DNA from: Spirulina sp.
GTDB lineage: Bacteria > Cyanobacteriota > Cyanobacteriia > Phormidesmidales > Phormidesmidaceae
Direction: 5' to 3'
Length of the DNA stretch: 64,000 nucleotides
Assembly: GCA_044070495.1 (NCBI GenBank)
Contig: JBIPSI010000010.1
Span: forward strand, 1-64,000
Both the position numbers and the translations under genes were made by a program. Positions 45,146 to 54,702 of this stretch are shown one piece after another. The notes under the pieces are model-generated. The model was not told the origin of the DNA. It did not search any database and saw nothing but the letters and a program-made list of their open reading frames with translations. Position 1 is the first letter of the stretch. Each line of letters begins with the position of its first letter.

Positions 45146-45838
45146 ATGCCGCCGACCAGTCTCCTCCTTGATCTCCTTCCCCTCATGCTGGGCGCGGCCC
45201 TGGCTCCCCTGTGGCTGGTCATTTTGCTGCTGATTTTGCAGAGTCGGCGGGGATTGGTGAAGGCCACCGCCTTCGTAACGGGCATTACCCTGGTACGGTT
45301 GCTTCAGGGCTGGCTGTTTGGCTATGTGTTGGGGCAGGCCAATGTGCTGGCAGAATCCAACGTGCCCCGGCTGATCATGGCTCTATTGCTGATAGCCCTG
45401 GGGCTGATGCTGCTGATTTCGGCCCTCAAATCCTTGGTCAACGCCCCCGACCCCGATGCGCCGCCGCCCAAGCTGTTTCAGCAAATTGATCGGGCTAAGC
45501 CTCTAAATCTGCTGGGCATTGGCATCATGCTCACCACCATTGCCCCCAAGTTTTGGGTGTTTACCCTCGCCGCCCTGGGCATCATTCGCGAGGCTAACCT
45601 AGACAGCCTTGCCGCCGCCCTCACCGCCTATGCCATATACATCCTGGGAGCACAGTCGCTGTTGATTTTGCCCCTGTTGCTCTATGCCGTTGTGCCTGGC
45701 CCCGCCAGTGGTCTGCTGCGAGCGCTGAACGAGTGGCTCACCGCTAACCAGCGGGTGATTAGCCTGGTGGTTTCGCTGGTGTTTGGGGGTCTCTTTTTCT
45801 GGAAGGGCTGGAATAACTTCTGGGCCATTGGTTTTTAG
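45146..45838 (+). CDS. GAP/Sap family (DUF2910-like) membrane protein
   Basis: About six hydrophobic segments, LGAALAP, PPKLF, WL..NQRVI. Confidence 0.7.
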   Translation: MPPTSLLLDLLPLMLGAALAPLWLVILLLILQSRRGLVKATAFVTGITLVRLLQGWLFGYVLGQANVLAESNVPRLIMALLLIALGLMLLISALKSLVNAPDPDAPPPKLFQQIDRAKPLNLLGIGIMLTTIAPKFWVFTLAALGIIREANLDSLAAALTAYAIYILGAQSLLILPLLLYAVVPGPASGLLRALNEWLTANQRVISLVVSLVFGGLFFWKGWNNFWAIGF

Positions 45839-46013
45839 GGCAAGGCTTAACGTTTCCCTTGCCTCCGCTGGCCTTTGGGAAAAGCTAACTCATCTGCCTG
45901 TAACCCTGCGTAGTGACTTCACGAGGCTCTCTGCGCCACCCAAGAGCCACCCCTAGAAGAGTTTCAGGTTTTTGTTCAACGGTAGTCTGATGGATCAACT
46001 TGGGAAGACGGTT

Positions 46014-46060
46014 GCCATTGAGAACCCCGGTTTTTTGAAAAAACCGGGGTTCTCAATGGC
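46014..46060. repeat. 47 bp near-perfect palindrome between convergent genes
   Basis: GCCATTGAGAACCCCGGTTTTTT-G-AAAAAACCGGGGTTCTCAATGGC, 23 bp perfect arms. Confidence 0.85.
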
Positions 46061-46095
46061 CATAATTATCTTGATGGGTGCCCCTGTCCTAATAC

Positions 46096-47514
46096 CTAAT
46101 AGTGGATAGCTTCCTCTGGGGTGCGCGCGCTGGGCCAGGCTTGGGTATCAAGGTCAACTCCGGGCAGTTGGGAGGACTCAAAGACGGGTTCGGCAATTCC
46201 GGCTTTAACTTGTTGGTCGTAGTCCTGCATCACCTTCAGGCCCACTTTAAATAGCATCACTAGGGCAAACAGGTTGACTAGGGCCAAAAAGCCCATGGTG
46301 ACATCGGCAAAGCCAAAGACGGTCGTGAGATCTTGGGAGGCTCCCCATACCACCAGGGCTAGGGTAAGCACCCGAAAACCGTTCAGCAGCCAGCGGTCGT
46401 TATCGCTGAAGAAGCTGAGGCTGTTTTCCCCTAGGTAGTAGTTGTAGATCATCGATGTGAAGGCAAACAGCAGCAGGGCCAGGGTGACAAACACTTGGCC
46501 CCATTGCCCTACGTGCTCGGCCATGGCGGTTTGGGTGAGGGTGACGCCGCCCACGTCGCTGCCCGGTTCGTAGACTGAGGAGAGGAGAATAATCGCCGCT
46601 GTGCAGGAGCAGAGGATGATGGTATCGATGAAGACGCTGAAGGATTGCACAATGCCCTGGTTAACGGGATGTTTAACGTAGGCCACGGCGGCGACGTTGG
46701 GGGCACTACCCAGCCCCGCCTCGTTAGAAAACAGGCCGCGCTTGACGCCAAAGATCAGCGCCGCGCCAATGCCGCCGCCAACAACCGCGTTGAGGCCAAA
46801 GGCACTCGAAAAAATCAGCCCAAAAACGGCGGGAATTTCGCTAAGGTTGGTCGCCATCACAAACAGGGCCATGGCAAAGTAGCCCAGGGCCATGATCGGC
46901 ACCACGAACTCGCTGACCTCAGCAATGCGCTTCACGCCACCAAAGATAATCAGCCCCAGCAGCACCAACAGCCCGATCCCGGTAATGGAGGTCGGTAGGC
47001 CAAAGGTCTCGTTGACTGCCGTGGCCACAGTGTAGGACTGAAGGGCATTGAACCCCAGGCCAAAGGTGACCAGGAGCAGCACCGAAAAAATACCCGCCAG
47101 CCAGCGGTTCCCCAGCCCCCGATGGATGTAGTAGGCGGGGCCACCGCGATAGGTGCCATCCGGCTCGGCCACCTTGAACACCTGGGCCAGGGTGCATTCA
47201 AAAAAGCTGGTGGCCATACCAAGCAGGGCAATGGCCCACATCCAAAACACGGCACCGGGGCCGCCTAGGGTGATGGCTACCGCCACCCCGGCAATGTTGC
47301 CTGCACCTACCCGTCCGGCCACGCTGAGCACAAGGGCCTGGAAGGAACTGAGGTGCCCCTCTTCGCGATGGGTGGATTGCCCCAGGATGGAAAACATTTT
47401 GCCAAAGTAGCGAAACTGGACAAACCGAGAGGCCACCGTAAACAGCAGGCCCACCGCCACCAGCACAAAAATCAGTACTTTACCCCATAGGAGGTCGTTG
47501 AGAAAATTCAGCAC
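46096..47514 (-). CDS. Alanine/glycine:cation symporter (AGCS family)
   Basis: VGAGNIAGVA..GGPGAVFWMW, GGPAYY, RGLFSNEAGLGS, FIDT..CSCT; GTG start after AAGGAG. Confidence 0.95.
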   Translation of the reverse strand: MLNFLNDLLWGKVLIFVLVAVGLLFTVASRFVQFRYFGKMFSILGQSTHREEGHLSSFQALVLSVAGRVGAGNIAGVAVAITLGGPGAVFWMWAIALLGMATSFFECTLAQVFKVAEPDGTYRGGPAYYIHRGLGNRWLAGIFSVLLLVTFGLGFNALQSYTVATAVNETFGLPTSITGIGLLVLLGLIIFGGVKRIAEVSEFVVPIMALGYFAMALFVMATNLSEIPAVFGLIFSSAFGLNAVVGGGIGAALIFGVKRGLFSNEAGLGSAPNVAAVAYVKHPVNQGIVQSFSVFIDTIILCSCTAAIILLSSVYEPGSDVGGVTLTQTAMAEHVGQWGQVFVTLALLLFAFTSMIYNYYLGENSLSFFSDNDRWLLNGFRVLTLALVVWGASQDLTTVFGFADVTMGFLALVNLFALVMLFKVGLKVMQDYDQQVKAGIAEPVFESSQLPGVDLDTQAWPSARTPEEAIHY

Positions 47515-47796
47515 CCGCCTTCTCCTTTGTTGATAGTCGTCGATAGTCTGTTGATAGTCGTCGCGTTTCGAGTTGCGTAATTCGTTCGATTGGTTTGATT
47601 CGTGGGATTCGTTCGAGCAAGGTGATCACGAATCCGTGGATCGCACACTCAATGTAGAACAGCTATCCTGGTTGTCTCCGTGGCAGGCAGGATGCCCATC
47701 CGACGAATTTCGAGCCTGCGATCCCGTAAGAATCGATAAACGGCGTTTTTGGCTGTACCGTCGTTCCGTTTTAACGGGGAGCACCAAGGTCTTTCT

Positions 47797-47810
47797 GTAG
47801 CCATCGGTAC
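47797..47810 (-). promoter_or_regulatory. Possible NtcA box upstream of the amino-acid symporter
   Basis: GTAGCCATCGGTAC = GTA-N8-TAC; weak -10-like TAAAAC 23 nt downstream on the minus strand. Confidence 0.3.
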
Positions 47811-48118
47811 TTAGATCTCGCTGCCAGAGTGGACAGCATCTCTCCAAAAGGGCGCTTTGGCCCTAGAGATCAAGGGTTTTCGTAGTTTTACGGATTTACC
47901 CTGGGGCTAAGATAATCGTTGGGCAAAAAAGTCATGAAACATAGAGAAACTACATAAAAATTCCACAAAGGAAGCGTATTTTTACGGATTTTCTTTCACG
48001 AAGAATAAGCCGTAATTAAATTAAACCTCATGCAATTAAAATCTGTTTTACCTCCGAGTCTACCCCCGTTTCCATCCAGATCCTTACACTAAGAATTATC
48101 AACCTTTTGGACAATCCC

Positions 48119-49264
48119 ATGGCCGCCGCCACTGATACCCAGCGTTTGGTCGAAATTATCCGGGATCTGTGCTTTGCCCCCAGTCTGGATATCGTGATGA
48201 CCTTGGTGGCCGTGGCAGCGCGCGAACTCACCCACGCCGACGGGGCGACCTTTGTGCTGAAGGAAGACAATCAGTGCTTCTATGCCCACGAAAACGCCGT
48301 TGCTCCCCTTTGGAAGGGACAACGGTTTCCGCTGAGCGCCTGTATTTGCGGTTGGGCGATCAACAACAAGCAGGCCGCCATCATCGAGGATGTCTACCGC
48401 GATGCCCGCATTCCCGTGGAAGCCTACGAGCCGACCTTTGTCAAAAGCTTGACGGTGATGCCCATTGGCCAGGATGACCCCCTGGGCGTAATTGGCGTGT
48501 ATTGGGCAGATCGACACCAACCCCTAGAGGCCGAAATCGACCTGCTGAAAAGCTTGGCGGAGACCACCGCCATGGCCCTCCGGCGGCTCAACGGTGGCAA
48601 TGGTATCCGGGAAGCGGACTGGGGAGAACCCGATACTCAACGCCTTTCTCGTCTAGAGCAACTCGAACGCACCAATGCCAAACTGCGGGCCGAGGTGCTA
48701 CAGCGCCACACCCAAGAGGCCGAACTGACTCGCCTGTCCCTCACCGATGGACTGACTGGGCTGTACAATCGGCGCGGCTTTTACCTAATGGCCAACCCCA
48801 AACTGCGGCAGGCCCGTCGTCAGCGGCAAACGGTGGCCGTGGCCTTCATTGATGTGGACTATTTGAAGCAGGTTAACGATCACTTTGGCCATGAAGCGGG
48901 AGATTGGCTGATTTTAGGCACCGCCGAGGCCCTGCACCGCACCTGCACCGATGGAGATATCCTGGCGCGTTTGGGGGGAGATGAGTTCGTCGTCTTCCTA
49001 TCCTCTGAGACCGATACCACGGCCTTTACCGATCAGCTGCGGGCCGAGGCCCAGCGTTTCATGGACGAAAATCAACTTCCCTATCCCCTCTCCCTGAGTG
49101 TGGGTCTGGTGGTCGGGCACTGGCACCAAGCCGATCTCTCCTTACACGACTTGGTCAATCGTGCCGATACCGCCATGTATCACCATAAACAGCGTCGTCG
49201 GCCCCTCAACATGGCATCCCTCAAAGCCGCCCAACGCTGGAACCAAGAGCAGGTCGGCCACTAA
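48119..49264 (+). CDS. GAF-GGDEF diguanylate cyclase
   Basis: GAF (WKGQRFP..CICGW, YEPTFVKSL), coiled linker, DGLTGLYNRR, VNDHFGH..GD, ARLGGDEF. Confidence 0.93.
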   Translation: MAAATDTQRLVEIIRDLCFAPSLDIVMTLVAVAARELTHADGATFVLKEDNQCFYAHENAVAPLWKGQRFPLSACICGWAINNKQAAIIEDVYRDARIPVEAYEPTFVKSLTVMPIGQDDPLGVIGVYWADRHQPLEAEIDLLKSLAETTAMALRRLNGGNGIREADWGEPDTQRLSRLEQLERTNAKLRAEVLQRHTQEAELTRLSLTDGLTGLYNRRGFYLMANPKLRQARRQRQTVAVAFIDVDYLKQVNDHFGHEAGDWLILGTAEALHRTCTDGDILARLGGDEFVVFLSSETDTTAFTDQLRAEAQRFMDENQLPYPLSLSVGLVVGHWHQADLSLHDLVNRADTAMYHHKQRRRPLNMASLKAAQRWNQEQVGH

Positions 49265-49649
49265 GGGTAGGCCAACGGGTCAGGTCGCCAAGCTAGGCCC
49301 TCATCCCCCCACTCCTCTGTATCATGGAACCTCTGTGTCATGAAACTTAGACGGGACGGCCTCAAACGTTAAGAAAAGAGGGCCGAAACCGACGGGTTTC
49401 GGGTGGCCACCCCTAGGATGCAAGGGAGGCGAGTTTAGCACGACTGTAATCATCGCCCCCAGCCCAATGCCTTTCTAGCGGCCTTGGCCACCGCCGCAAC
49501 CCCTATCGAAATGGCTTGGCGTATCCGTGGCTTGGTGTTCGATGGATCGATGATTTTGAAGCTCGATAGAAGTTCGATAGAAGTTCGATAGGATTCCGAC
49601 ATTTCTGACGGTCTAATATCCTCTCTGCTGCTCTCTCCAGGATTTTGCT

Positions 49650-52292
49650 ATGTCAATCACCAATCTCGAAGAACTGGAAGCGTTGATTGCCCGCGTGAAA
49701 ACGGCCCAGCAACAATACGCCGAATTTAGTCAGGCCCAGGTAGACCATATCTTTAAGCAGGCGGCTTTGGCGGCCAATATGGCCCGCATTCCCCTGGCCA
49801 AAGCGGCGGTAACGGAAACGGGCATGGGCGTGGTGGAGGACAAGGTGATTAAAAATCACTTCGCCTCGGAATCCATCTACAACAAGTACCGGGACGAAAA
49901 AACCTGCGGCGTGCTGGAGGAGGATAAGTCCTTCGGGATGCAGAAGATTGCCGAACCCGTGGGCTTGCTGGCGGGGATTGTGCCCACCACAAACCCCACT
50001 TCAACGGCCATTTTCAAGGCGCTACTGGCGCTGAAAACCCGCAACGGCATTATCTTTTCCCCCCACCCCAGGGCCAAGGGCTGCACCATTGCGGCGGCCA
50101 AGGTGGTACTGGAGGCAGCGGTGGCGGCGGGGGCTCCAGCGGACATCATCGGCTGGATTGACGAACCCACGGTGCCCCTCTCCCAGGCGCTGATGCAGCA
50201 CCGGGATATTAGCCTGATTTTGGCCACGGGTGGCCCCGGCATGGTGCGGGCAGCCTACTCGTCGGGCAATCCCTCCCTGGGCGTGGGAGCTGGCAACACC
50301 CCAGCGGTGATCGACGCCACCGCCCACCTGAAAATGGCGGTGTCCTCCATTCTGCTCAGCAAAACCTTTGACAACGGCATGATCTGCGCCAGCGAACAGT
50401 CCGTGGTGGTGGAAGAGGCGGTCTACGACACCGTGCGCCAGGAGTTTGCCGATCGCGGAGCCTACCTGCTGAATGCCGAAGAACTGGACAAGGTGCGGCA
50501 GATTATCCTCAAGGATGGCCACCTGAACGGCGCAATCGTCGGCCAGCCCGTCCAAAAACTGGCGGAACTGGCGGGCATCACCATTCCCCCCACGGCACGG
50601 GTGATCATCGGCGAAGTGGACATCATCGGCACCGAAGAACCCTTCGCCTTTGAAAAACTCTCCCCCATCCTGGCCATGTATCGGGCCAAGGATTTTGCGG
50701 CAGCGGTAGACAAGGCCCAAGCCCTAATTAGCTTTGGCGGACGCGGCCACACCGCCGTCCTCTACACCGCCCCCGACAACCACACCCATATCCAGCAATT
50801 TGAACACAAGGTGGAAACCGCCCGCGTGTTGATCAACACCCCCGCTTCCCAGGGGGCGATTGGTGACCTGTTCAACTTCCGCCTGGATCCGTCTTTGACC
50901 CTGGGCTGCGGCACCTGGGGCGGCAACTCCGTCAGCGAAAACGTCGGCGTGCAGCACGTCCTCAACATCAAAACCATCAGCGAGCGGCGGGAAAATATGC
51001 TGTGGTTCCGGGTGCCGCCCAAGGTCTACTTCAAGTATGGCTGTCTGCCCGTGGCCCTGCGGGAACTCTCCGGCAAGCAGCGGGCCTTCGTTGTCACCGA
51101 CAAACCCCTCTACGACATGGGCATGACCAAGGGCCTAGAGGAAGTTCTAGAAGAAGTCGGCCTCAAGTACGACATTTTCTACAACGTGGAACCCGACCCC
51201 TCCCTAGCCACAGTGCAGCGCGGTCTGGCGGTGATGAACACCTTTAATCCTGACGTGATCATTGCCTTTGGCGGCGGCTCGCCCATGGATGCGGCCAAGG
51301 TGATGTGGATGATGTATGAGCACCCCGAAATTGAGTTTGAGGGACTGTCTACCCGGTTTATGGACATTCGCAAGCGGGTCTACAACCTGCCGGAACTGGG
51401 CCAAAAAGCCATGATGGTTGCCATCCCCACCACGTCGGGTACGGGTTCCGAAGTCACCCCCTTTGCGGTAGTGACGGACGAACGCACCGGGATTAAGTAT
51501 CCCCTGGCGGATTACTCCCTGACGCCTAACATGGCCATTGTCGATCCCGAACTGGTGCTGAACCTGCCCAAGGGGCTGACGGCCTACGGCGGCGTGGATG
51601 CCCTCACCCATGCGCTGGAATCCTACGTGTCGGTCTATGCCTCGGAATACACCAACGGCCTAGCGTTGGAGGCGATTCGGCTGTTGATGAAATACCTGCC
51701 CAGCGCCTACGAAAACGGTGCCAACGACCCCAAGGCCCGCGAAAAAGTCCACTACGCCGCCACCATGGCCGGAATGGCCTTCGCCAACGCCTTTTTAGGC
51801 ATTTGTCACTCCATGGCGCACCAACTGGGGGCCACCTTCCACGTCCCCCACGGGCTGGCCAATGCGCTGATGATCTCCCACGTCATCCGCTATAACGCCA
51901 CCGATGTGCCCTTTAAGCAGGCCATCTTCCCACAGTACAAATACCCCAACGCCAAGTGGCGCTACGCCCGCATTGCCGACCACCTGCACCTGGGCGGCAG
52001 CACCGAGGACGAAAAGGTGGAATTGCTGATTGCGGCCATCGAAGACCTGAAGCGCAAGGTGAACATCCCCACCGCCATCCGCGAGGTGATCAACGAGGAT
52101 GAACACACCTTCTTCGCCCACCTAGAGGGCATCGCCGACCAAGCCTTCGATGACCAATGCACCCCCGCCAACCCCCGCTATCCGTTGATCCAAGACCTCA
52201 AGGATCTCTATACAGCGGCCTATCGGGGCGTTCAGGTGGAAGCAACGCTGCCCCAGTCGGTCAGTGAGCGGCTAGAAACGGCGGCTGGATAG
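49650..52292 (+). CDS. adhE: Bifunctional acetaldehyde-CoA/alcohol dehydrogenase
   Basis: PTTNPTST, FDNGMICASE, LGCGTWGGNS, GGGSPMDAAK, DALTHA, HSMAH, HGLAN. Confidence 0.98.
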   Translation: MSITNLEELEALIARVKTAQQQYAEFSQAQVDHIFKQAALAANMARIPLAKAAVTETGMGVVEDKVIKNHFASESIYNKYRDEKTCGVLEEDKSFGMQKIAEPVGLLAGIVPTTNPTSTAIFKALLALKTRNGIIFSPHPRAKGCTIAAAKVVLEAAVAAGAPADIIGWIDEPTVPLSQALMQHRDISLILATGGPGMVRAAYSSGNPSLGVGAGNTPAVIDATAHLKMAVSSILLSKTFDNGMICASEQSVVVEEAVYDTVRQEFADRGAYLLNAEELDKVRQIILKDGHLNGAIVGQPVQKLAELAGITIPPTARVIIGEVDIIGTEEPFAFEKLSPILAMYRAKDFAAAVDKAQALISFGGRGHTAVLYTAPDNHTHIQQFEHKVETARVLINTPASQGAIGDLFNFRLDPSLTLGCGTWGGNSVSENVGVQHVLNIKTISERRENMLWFRVPPKVYFKYGCLPVALRELSGKQRAFVVTDKPLYDMGMTKGLEEVLEEVGLKYDIFYNVEPDPSLATVQRGLAVMNTFNPDVIIAFGGGSPMDAAKVMWMMYEHPEIEFEGLSTRFMDIRKRVYNLPELGQKAMMVAIPTTSGTGSEVTPFAVVTDERTGIKYPLADYSLTPNMAIVDPELVLNLPKGLTAYGGVDALTHALESYVSVYASEYTNGLALEAIRLLMKYLPSAYENGANDPKAREKVHYAATMAGMAFANAFLGICHSMAHQLGATFHVPHGLANALMISHVIRYNATDVPFKQAIFPQYKYPNAKWRYARIADHLHLGGSTEDEKVELLIAAIEDLKRKVNIPTAIREVINEDEHTFFAHLEGIADQAFDDQCTPANPRYPLIQDLKDLYTAAYRGVQVEATLPQSVSERLETAAG

Positions 52293-52439
52293 GCTTCAGG
52301 TAGCCTCCCACCACACCATCCGAGGGTGACGACCTCTGTCTCAGGCCAGATGGCAGGGGAAAGGAACGGTGTTAGCTTGGGTCACGACGTTTCCCTAAAC
52401 AGGAAACGCGGATCCGGCTAGCACCTTTTTCTTGGCACC

Positions 52440-53747
52440 ATGGTTTCTTCTGCCACCCATTTTCCCCTCCACCAGCAAACCCTTTCCCTCGATCACCAAG
52501 CCTGGACTGAGGTACTGGCCACTACACCCAACCTGCTGATTATTCAGGATTTGGATGGGGTCTGCATGGGCCTCGTGGCAGATCCGCTAGATCGGCAGAT
52601 TGATTTGGACTATGTGCAGGCCACCCAAGCCTTTGGGGGGCATTTTTATGTGTTGACCAATGGCGAACACACGGGCACCAGGGGCATGAACCGAATTGCG
52701 GAACGGGCCTGGGGCGGGCAAGGGGCGGCATCCACCCACCAGGGCTATTTGCCAGGGCTGGCGGCGGGGGGTGTGCAGTGGCAAACCCGGTCAGGCCAAG
52801 TCAGCCATCCGGGGGTGAGCGCGGCAGAATTAGATTTCCTGGCGGCAGTGCCCAAGCAGATGCGCCAGCGGCTCAGGGACTTTTTTCAGGAACGACCGGG
52901 CCAATTATCTACGATGGCGATCCAGCAGAGCATTGAGGCGTCGGTGCTAGATAATGTGGCTTCCCCAACCGTGAACCTCAACACCCTCCACGCCCAACTC
53001 CAGGCGGCGGGGGATGCCGACGGATCGATCTACGCTGACCTACAACGGGCTATGGCCGATCTGATGACGGATTTGCTGGAACAGGCGGCAGCGCAAGGGC
53101 TGGGGGAATCCTTTTTTGTCCACTATGCCCCCAACCACGGGCGACAGGCCGATGGCAAAGAAGTCCTGTGGCTAGGGAAAGGCGCGGAATCGGGCACGAC
53201 GGATTTTCAGTTCATGCTGCGGGGGGCGATCAAGGAGGCGGGGGTGCTGGCCCTGCTGAATCGCTACTATGCCCAGCACACGGGCGAGTTTCCCCTAGGG
53301 GAAGACTTCAGCGTGCGCCAAGCCCCCCACAGCCTGCCGGAATTGTTGGCCCTAGCCGAGGCCCACTTCGACCCCGCCCTAATGCCGACCCTGGTGGGGG
53401 TAGGGGATACGGTAACCAGCCGCTGGAGCATCGGAGAAGATTGCCAGCCCATAGTGCAGCGGGGGGGCAGTGATCGCCTCTTTCTACAGTTGGTGCAAGA
53501 CCTGGGAGAACGCTTTGACCGGGGTAACCTAGTCACCTATGTGGACAGCAGCGGTGGCCAGGTCAAGAATCGTAAGCCTTTGACATTAGAACATCACAAT
53601 GGCCAGCCCGTCGTCGTTGAAGGCCCCGGCGACCCCCGCGACACCACCGATCCCCTGCGTCTGAATGTGGTGTTTCCGGGGGGGCATCGGCAATACTGCG
53701 CCGCCTTCCAATCCGCCGCCCAGCAGCGCCACTCGGTCAACGGTTGA
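52440..53747 (+). CDS. stpA: Glucosylglycerol-phosphate phosphatase
   Basis: LIIQDLDGVCM, VLTNGEH, GLAAGGVQ, GTTDFQFML.GA.KEAG, VGDTVTS, RGGSDR. Confidence 0.92.
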   Translation: MVSSATHFPLHQQTLSLDHQAWTEVLATTPNLLIIQDLDGVCMGLVADPLDRQIDLDYVQATQAFGGHFYVLTNGEHTGTRGMNRIAERAWGGQGAASTHQGYLPGLAAGGVQWQTRSGQVSHPGVSAAELDFLAAVPKQMRQRLRDFFQERPGQLSTMAIQQSIEASVLDNVASPTVNLNTLHAQLQAAGDADGSIYADLQRAMADLMTDLLEQAAAQGLGESFFVHYAPNHGRQADGKEVLWLGKGAESGTTDFQFMLRGAIKEAGVLALLNRYYAQHTGEFPLGEDFSVRQAPHSLPELLALAEAHFDPALMPTLVGVGDTVTSRWSIGEDCQPIVQRGGSDRLFLQLVQDLGERFDRGNLVTYVDSSGGQVKNRKPLTLEHHNGQPVVVEGPGDPRDTTDPLRLNVVFPGGHRQYCAAFQSAAQQRHSVNG

Positions 53748-53774
53748 TCGACCAAGATTGAGCGAAAGGTTGAT

Positions 53775-54509
53775 CTACCAATTGCGTGGCTGAAATTGCC
53801 TATCGTTGAGAATCGCCATGGTTTCCCCCGACTGCACTAGCACAAACAGGCCTTGGCGATAGGCGTAGCGGTCGGCCCCTGCATCGATGCCAATGCCCGC
53901 CATCGCTCCATAGAGTTGGCGCTGTTCGTATTCCGGGAAAAACTCGCGAAAGCGGATTAATTTCTCCGCAAAGTCCTTCACATCATCCACGCTCAGGCTG
54001 CTTTTCACCTCCACCGCTAGCACATGATTCTGGTTCAACACCAGCACATCAATCTCCATGGAGTCACCGTTCTGGCGCTGCCTGACCCGCTGGCTCACCC
54101 GATGGACGGGAATGCCCCACTCCAGGAAAATGGTCTCGCAGGCTGGGGCCACCAGATTTTCTACAAACAACCCCCACTTGCCGCCCAGACTGCCAATTTG
54201 CTGGCTCAATTGGCGGTTAATGCGGCGATTTTCCGCTGCCGTCTCCTGAAGTTTGCGATCCGTCTCCTGGGACTGTTCCCGCATCAGCCGCTCGGTTTCC
54301 TGGGACTGCTCCCGCATCAGCCGCTCGGTTTCTTGAAAGCGGCGTTCGGCTTCCTGGGAGCGACGTTTAGCTTCCTCAGATTGTGCCTGGAAGAGTTCTC
54401 TGAGTTCCTGGAACTGGTGATCGGTTTCTTGAAAGCGGCGTTCGGTTTCTTGCTGGGCAGTGGCTAGTTCGCCTAACAAACGCCATACATCATCTGCGGT
54501 TGTGGCCAT
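53775..54509 (-). CDS. Coiled-coil + PD-(D/E)XK nuclease-like protein (DUF3782-like)
   Basis: QETER repeats, LGGKWG.FVE, EIDVL, VEVKS, FFPEY, YAYRQGLFV. Confidence 0.8.
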   Translation of the reverse strand: MATTADDVWRLLGELATAQQETERRFQETDHQFQELRELFQAQSEEAKRRSQEAERRFQETERLMREQSQETERLMREQSQETDRKLQETAAENRRINRQLSQQIGSLGGKWGLFVENLVAPACETIFLEWGIPVHRVSQRVRQRQNGDSMEIDVLVLNQNHVLAVEVKSSLSVDDVKDFAEKLIRFREFFPEYEQRQLYGAMAGIGIDAGADRYAYRQGLFVLVQSGETMAILNDRQFQPRNW

Positions 54510-54702
54510 AGCTGTACGTCGAAGGGTATGTCCTTCTATTTTAATTCGGCTTTAATTCGACTGATTGCATCGGACTAACCATGGCCTGAAGTCATGCCAA
54601 TCGGGCCACGGCATGGGCCGCGATTTTGCCCTGGGAGGCCAGTATAGTGAACTATCAGCATGTAAATAGTCCAAGCATTGGCAAAGCAGGAGATCCCCAA
54701 CC

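Noticed and set aside
47515..47880. Glycine or glutamine riboswitch upstream of the AGCS symporter
   Set aside because: GGAGAGA is present on the minus strand but CCGAAG and CTCAGG are not; no glnA-motif match seen.
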